Shown here piece by piece: positions 58,156-64,000 of a stretch of 64,000 nt of DNA. Under the pieces are notes generated by a model. It did no database searches, had not been told where the DNA came from, and was given only the letters and a program-made list of their open reading frames with translations. Source of the stretch: the human T2T-CHM13v2.0 reference genome, Homo sapiens. The DNA is taken from NCBI RefSeq assembly GCF_009914755.1, contig NC_060931.1. One strand, given 5' to 3'. Within the stretch, counting starts at the first letter, position 1; each line of letters opens with the position of its first letter. The position numbers were made by a program, and so were the translations under genes.

Positions 58156-58677
58156 ATACTGTACAGAAACTATTGTATCCATCAAGACATGGGTACAAAA
58201 TGTTTTAGTATCATTATTTATAATATCAAAAGAAAAATGAAAACTTCATCTCCAGGATTCAGGTGGCTCTCTTTTCTGGGAAAACCTAAGACAAAAGTCA
58301 ATGGGATAAAATGTAATTCCGCTCACCGAAAATGGTCCCAGGCTACAAATGCAGCTGCACTTGTCCACTTACCGTCAAAATAGGACAGGAGAGTGCTAGA
58401 AGAGCCTCGCAGTGGGTCAATGGTCTTGAAGGACCAAATGTCCATCAAGAGAAGAAAGAATACATAAATTGTAGTATATGGATTCTTTGGATATTATACA
58501 GCAGTGAGAATTAACAGACTGTCATTAGATGATTCAAAATTGATGAATCTCAAGTATATAATATTGAATGAAAAAAGAAAGGCACAAAGAAATACAGACT
58601 GCAAGCATCCATCCATATAAAGTCCAAAATCATGCAAAGTTAAATAAGTTTTCATTTGGGAACACAGTAATTTGTTG

Positions 58678-59055
58678 TGTCTTGATTGGGTTTACAAGGA
58701 AACAAATTCTGAGGATAATACAAGCCAAAAGTTCACTGGAAAATAATTTCAGAAAAAAGTCTGTAAGGGAGTGAGGGAACCATGATTGGGAGCTCTAGAA
58801 TTGGGGTGGCCATGGAGAGTGGACCCGAGTTGAAGGAGGTAGTTAATTAAGCCTTTATATCCCACATTAAATGGTATGGACCTTGGACAAGTGCTTCCTT
58901 TGGAGTGAAAATTGTGTGAGGCAGTGTCCATCAGCTAAGGGGAATTTCCAGGAAAGTCACATAGCTGTAAGCTATCAGTGGCCAGCATTACTCACAGAGG
59001 GAGGAATTAGTGTCTCAGCCTTGGAGAGGGATCTAGTGGACACATCAGAGCACTT
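58678..59055 (-). mobile_element. LTR33-like ERVL LTR (3' LTR of the adjacent provirus)
   Basis: TGTCTTGATTGGGTT...GGGAGCTCTAGAATTGGGGTGGCC...GGGATCTAGTGGACAC resembles antisense LTR33 family. Confidence 0.6.
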
Positions 59056-60715
59056 GTTTTGTATTGTAAGTTTACCCCATCAGGAAGCCTCATCTCCAGG
59101 ATTCAGGTGGCTCTCTTTTCTGGGAAAACCTAAGACAACAGTCGATGGGGTACAACGTAGTTCCGCTCACTGAAAATGGTCCCAGGCTACAAATGCTGCT
59201 GCACTTGTCCACTTACCATCAAAATAGGACAGGGGAGTGCTAAAGGAACCTTCCAGTGGGTCAACAGGGTAGCATATGTGTTCTTCCCTGCCTCTATCAT
59301 GCAAAAGAAATCTGACATTTATCTATCGGGGATACCACACCATATGATTATCAATTAAGGGGTACACGACATTTTAGAGGATAAAACCCTTCCTCGCAGA
59401 TATCATTTGCAAAACAGTACCTTTGCTTTCACTTCACAGGTAATACCATCATTCTGTCAGGTTGGCTGTATATAATAGGACCACTGCATCACATGGTTAT
59501 TTACCCACTATTACACATTCTTTTGTATTAAGTGGATCCCTTAGTTCAAAGAGATTATGGAATCTCATGTCAGTGGTTCAAACAACCTGTGAGCCCTTAT
59601 CTAATGCTGTTCACATTATGGGAAAGGCAACTCTATATGCAGAATATACATCAAGTTCACTCTAAATAAATCGCTGCACCTTCCAGTGTGGAAATGTATA
59701 CCATTGTAATTAACTTGCCACAAGTGGCTTGCTGATTTTCTTGAGGAAACGTGCAACATCAGGGGCACAATATTGGAATTTATTTCTGTTAATAGGTTGA
59801 ACATCCAGCAGCACGTGAAACTAGATCAGCCTTGGTAAGTGTGAGCCTATATTGTTGACCCCAAGTTCATCTTCCATACCTACTTCCATAGCTACCCCCC
59901 TATTGAGCCCTTTGTGCCAGCATTGAGTAATACCAATGGCAGAGGCTAGCTAATTTCAGCTGGCAAGTAATTTTGTCTACTTGATTGTTTAGTTATCTTC
60001 TGTGTGCTTACTTAGTACTTTGGCCTGCTTGTGCACAATCTCTAATATTCTATTTCCAACTTAATATTAATTGCTGATGGTCCTTATGATTTTGTGGATC
60101 CAACAGAACTGCAGTTTGTGAGGGACAGTTCTGGCTGCATTGATACCCTATGGCCAACTGCTCCAACCTTCCATGGCCCAATAACATTTCTAGAGATATT
60201 TTTCAAATGGTTTATAGTTTTCTGATGCAGACAGTTTGCCATTGTTCCAGATCCTATGGGTCTTCATTGTTATTCTCCTATTGGGATTTTTCCATAACGT
60301 CCACATGGCAACTTTTCCACCATAGATAACTTTAATAACACAAAGGTCATATGGTCCAAACATAAGGCTGCTTGCACCACAGCCTGGATATGCTGTAAGA
60401 TACTTTCCTGCTCTAAGCTTCACTCAAAGCAGGCAAACTTCTGTGTTGTTTGATACATGGGTTGGAGCAATATACTCAAGTGTGGAATTTTATGCCTTTA
60501 GTACCCAAAGAAGCCTATCAGTCATGGTGCTTTCTTCTTAGCAAGACAAATTGCAAAATTCAATACTTTGTCCTTTATTAGGGAGGTGTCCTGCCATTCC
60601 CTCTATCATGGATTCCTAAATACCTTGTTGATGTGGTGGACTCCTTTGTAGGGCTTATTTTCTATCCTTTGAAGTACATATATCTCACCATGGGCCTCCA
60701 ATATATTTGCCACTT

Positions 60716-60799
60716 TTTAAAATTGATTTTTTTAACTGATGAGTAAGAATTGTATATATTTCTAGTGCATATATATTGTATATATTTCTAGTGCATATA

Positions 60800-60837
<38 letters not shown>

Positions 60838-60920
60838 CGTATATATGCATTGTGGAATGGCTAAATCAAGCTATTTAAGATATGCATTACCCCACATACT
60901 TACTTTTTTTGAGGGGGGAC
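60716..60920 (-). mobile_element. L1MA-type 3' stub with internal microsatellites
   Basis: TTGTGGAATGGCTAAATCAAGCTATTTAAGATATGCATTACC. TSD TTGCCACTT (60707-60715 / 60921-60929). Confidence 0.8.
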
Positions 60921-61084
60921 TTGCCACTTCTCAATCATCAGGTTTAATTAGTATGATGCCCTTGATGTAGTAGACCAACATGATGCTTTATAAGGTGTGG
61001 AGACAGTTCAGATCCCTTCTGACTATTTTATAACAGAAGGTGGAATTGTTAGCATAGACTTGGGGCAAGTCTACAAATGGATAC

Positions 61085-61440
61085 TGTTATGGACTCAATT
61101 GTGTCCCCCGAAAAGCCTTTTTATTGAGGCCCCAATGTGACTGTATTTGAAGATTGAGTCTTTAAGGAAGTAATTAAGATTAAAGGAGGTCATAGGGTGA
61201 GGTCCTAATCCAACAGGGCTGGTGTCCTTACAAGGGGTGCTAGAAGAAAGGCCAGGTGAGGAGACAGTGAGAAAGCAGATATCTACAAGCCAGGAAGAAA
61301 GTCCTCACCAAAAACCAGATCTTGGACTGGCATCTGGATCTTGGACTTCCAGCCTCTAGAACTGTGAGAAAATAAATTTCTGCTGTTTAAACCACCAAAT
61401 CTGTGGTATTTAGTTATGGCAGTGCAAGCAGACTAATACA
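61085..61440 (+). mobile_element. MLT1A/A0-like solo LTR
   Basis: TGTTATGGACTCAATTGTGTCCCCC...GCAGACTAATACA. Perfect TSD GATAC. Confidence 0.9.
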
Positions 61441-61827
61441 GATACTATTATCCATGCCACATGAAACTGAACTCTTTTTGGTCTTTTTTCCTGATGGTGA
61501 TGGAAAAGAATACATTCACCAAATGATGGCTACAAACCATGTAACTGAGACTATGTTAACCTACTACAGCAAATATACCACATACAGCGGCACAGCAGCT
61601 GCAATTGAGACTACAGAATACCACATATGACCTAGTTATATTTGAGCTTGCAGTAGCTTTTCTCTGTCGTGGTCCAACTGATTATTGTAGATCAGACTGG
61701 TAAATTAAATGAGGTGTAATGATAACCCCCACCCTTCTAGTTCTTAATGAGAGGCATCAATATTTGCCAGTCCCTCAGGAATGTAATATGCTTTTGATGT
61801 ACTTTCATGGCAAAAGCTGTGGGGTAT

Positions 61828-62190
61828 TGTATTAGTCTATTCTCACACTGCTGGTAAAGACATACCTAAGACTGGGTAATTTACAAAGGAAAGAGGTTTA
61901 ATTGACTCACAGTTCTATATGGTTGGGGAGGCCTCACAATCCTGGTGAAAGGTGAAGGCGGAGCAAGACACATCTTACATGACAGCAGGCAAGAGAGATT
62001 GAGAACCAAGCAAAAGAGGTTATAAAACCATCAGTTCTTGTGAAACTTATTCACTACAATGAGAACAGTATGGGGAAAACCACCCCCATTATTCGATTGT
62101 CTCCCACTGGATCCCTTCCACAACATGTGGGAGTTATGGGAGCTACAATTCAAGATGAGATTTGGGTGGGGACATGGCCAAACCATATCA
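61828..62190 (-). mobile_element. THE1B/C-like solo LTR
   Basis: TGTATTAGTCTATTCTCACACTGCT...GAGATTTGGGTGGGGAC...CCAAACCATATCA. Perfect TSD GGTAT. Confidence 0.92.
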
Positions 62191-62819
62191 GGTATTGAAG
62201 CTTCCAGTTGGCCTTTCTCACTATGATAGCTCTAACCCCACACAGAAGCCAAAGACCCCAAGTGAGGTCTCTGACAAGTACAAAGTCTACCCATGCCAGT
62301 TATACATTTGGAGAATTGAGAAATAAACATGGAGTGATTTATACACCTAGTAGACTCATTGTGAGCCAGACAAGGCCAATAGTCTATTAATTTTATTTGC
62401 CCTTTATATGTCCCTATTTCAGCAGAGGACTCATTGTGATGCTTGCAATCAATGTCTCTTCAAACCCTGTAACCAACAATCCTCAAAATGTCTTGTTTTC
62501 TCATTTCTACAGCGCACAGTTACCACAGTGCACAGGGTCTCTTACGTGGAAAGATTGGGGAAATTATTTCTACACACGTTTGTCATGGGATTGCAGGGTC
62601 CTTCTTCCTGGGAATTCAGCTTCTTCAGCCAGTGGATTCTTGGTCTGAGATCTGGCCCAAGTCTGGAAATTGACAAGAGATTGTGCCTGTTTATTGAGGC
62701 AGGTTTTTAGCCTCGCAGTCACCTATCCTTGATTTTTTGTTGTTGTTTAAATAAATTAAGCATCATTATTGTTGACTGTTCATAAACATGGCCCCTAGAA
62801 ACATTAGGCTCTTAAAAAA

Positions 62820-63241
62820 TGTATTAGGCTGTTCTTCCATTGCTATAAAGAAATACTTGGGACTGTATATTTATTTTTTAAAAAAGAGGCTAAAATGGCT
62901 TACAGCTCTACAGGGTGTACAGGAAACATGATGCTGGTATTTGTTCAGCTTCTGGGGAGGCTGCAGGAAACTTACAATCATGGCAGAAGGTGAAGGGGAA
63001 GCAGGCACATCACATGGTCAGAGCAGGGGCAAAAGAGTAAAGGTGGCGCTGCACACTTTTAAATGATAACATCTCAGGAGAATTCACACACTATTGCGAG
63101 GACAGTACCAAGGGGGATGGTGCAAAACCATTCAAGAGAAATCTGTCCCCATGATCAAATCACCCCCTATCAGGCCCCACTTCCAACACTGAGGATTGCA
63201 TTTCAATATGAGACTGTGTGGGAACATTCCAAACTATCTCA
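62820..63241 (-). mobile_element. MSTA/B-like solo LTR
   Basis: TGTATTAGGCTGTTCTTCCATTGCTATAAAGAAATAC...CCAAACTATCTCA. No intact TSD. Confidence 0.88.
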
Positions 63242-64000
63242 GAGGTTTATACTGTTCAGGTTGCTACTGCAACCTTGCTACACGTTACAATAATTGCACC
63301 CAGCTTGCTATTGATGGTGAAGTGCCTATCATCTCACTACTATCAGGAATCACAGTTATGTAACAGTAACTCTCCTGTTAGCCTTGGCCTCTAGAGATTA
63401 TCCACCAAAACTTCTCAATAATTGTGTTACCCCTCTCACAATCACATTGCTTATTGCTTTGCTACATAGATTGTTCCTTAAGCCCTCCTTTGGAACAGAG
63501 TTGGCTGGTGGATTTTCCTGCCCTACATAGTCTATCCCTTCTGACATGCTCCTTTCCATAAACCTTTTGATCCCATCCTTTACCATCTGCCATGGCACTC
63601 CTGGCATTTTACTTCACCTAGTGTGGGCCATCACCTGTTTCAGGATTTCAAAAAGAGTCATGCACTCTCCAGAGTTTCTTGCCAGGATGTTATTTCCTGT
63701 ATCACAAATAATTGCTCTCATTTTGTTAAACTCTTCCTTATCTAACTTTATATTCTACCCTTCACGATTTATTATCCTCAAATTCCATTCCCATGAATAC
63801 TTTCCTGGCTCCTTCTTGTACATACTGTCTTCTGGCGTACAGTTCCTTTTCTCCCATGGCAGGCCCAGCACTTCCTAGAGAGGAACACAGATGTGAGGTG
63901 TCAGGTGACACTCCTGGCAGCAGGGGGAATGAGTGCCTTTTTATTTTTTTAAGTAACAATTATGTTATTTTTACTTTTTTAAATAAAATTATATAATATT

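Larger units (their letters stand above)
59056..63940 (-). mobile_element. Ancient ERVL-class internal region (gag-pro-pol remnants) with four nested insertions
   Basis: Gag-like MPGVPWQMVKDGIKR..IVRGVTQLLRS (63398-63607). RT-like LVYYIKGIILI (decayed YIDD, about 60945-60980). Tether-like FGPYD..WTLW..ENYKPFEKYL (60190-60423). Integrase-like WQVNY (59616-59804). Confidence 0.8.

Overview
AT-rich primate (human-like) nuclear DNA. It is non-coding, either intergenic or deep intronic, and is dominated by interspersed repeats. I cannot support any host protein-coding exon, RNA gene or CRISPR array. The ORFs in the track are decayed L1 ORF1/ORF2 pieces, ERVL gag/pol pieces, Alu read-throughs or chance ORFs. 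The main elements are two full-length, + strand, dead LINE-1s (L1PB1/L1PBa1-type at about 29.5-36.0 kb and L1PA6-type at about 38.8-44.7 kb), five Alus plus a lone Alu left arm, several solo LTRs (MLT1D x2, MLT1A-type x2, THE1, MST, HERV-E LTR2 and one I cannot classify), an old ERVL provirus remnant (58.7-64 kb) carrying four younger insertions, hAT MITEs, and L2/MIR relics. The best observation is that the L1PB sits inside a perfect 16-bp target-site duplication (TSD). That TSD also encloses 93 bp of foreign CpG-containing sequence 5' of the L1 and about 123 bp of foreign sequence plus an A-rich tail 3' of it, so one insertion appears to carry both a 5' and a 3' transduction. Other notable items are a 175-bp local templated duplication, a HERV-E LTR that lacks its TATA segment, and an L1PA6 with a ~230-bp 5'UTR deletion. 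Subfamily names come from my recollection of Repbase/Dfam consensus sequences and need RepeatMasker confirmation. I did not find a convincing new multi-gene system.
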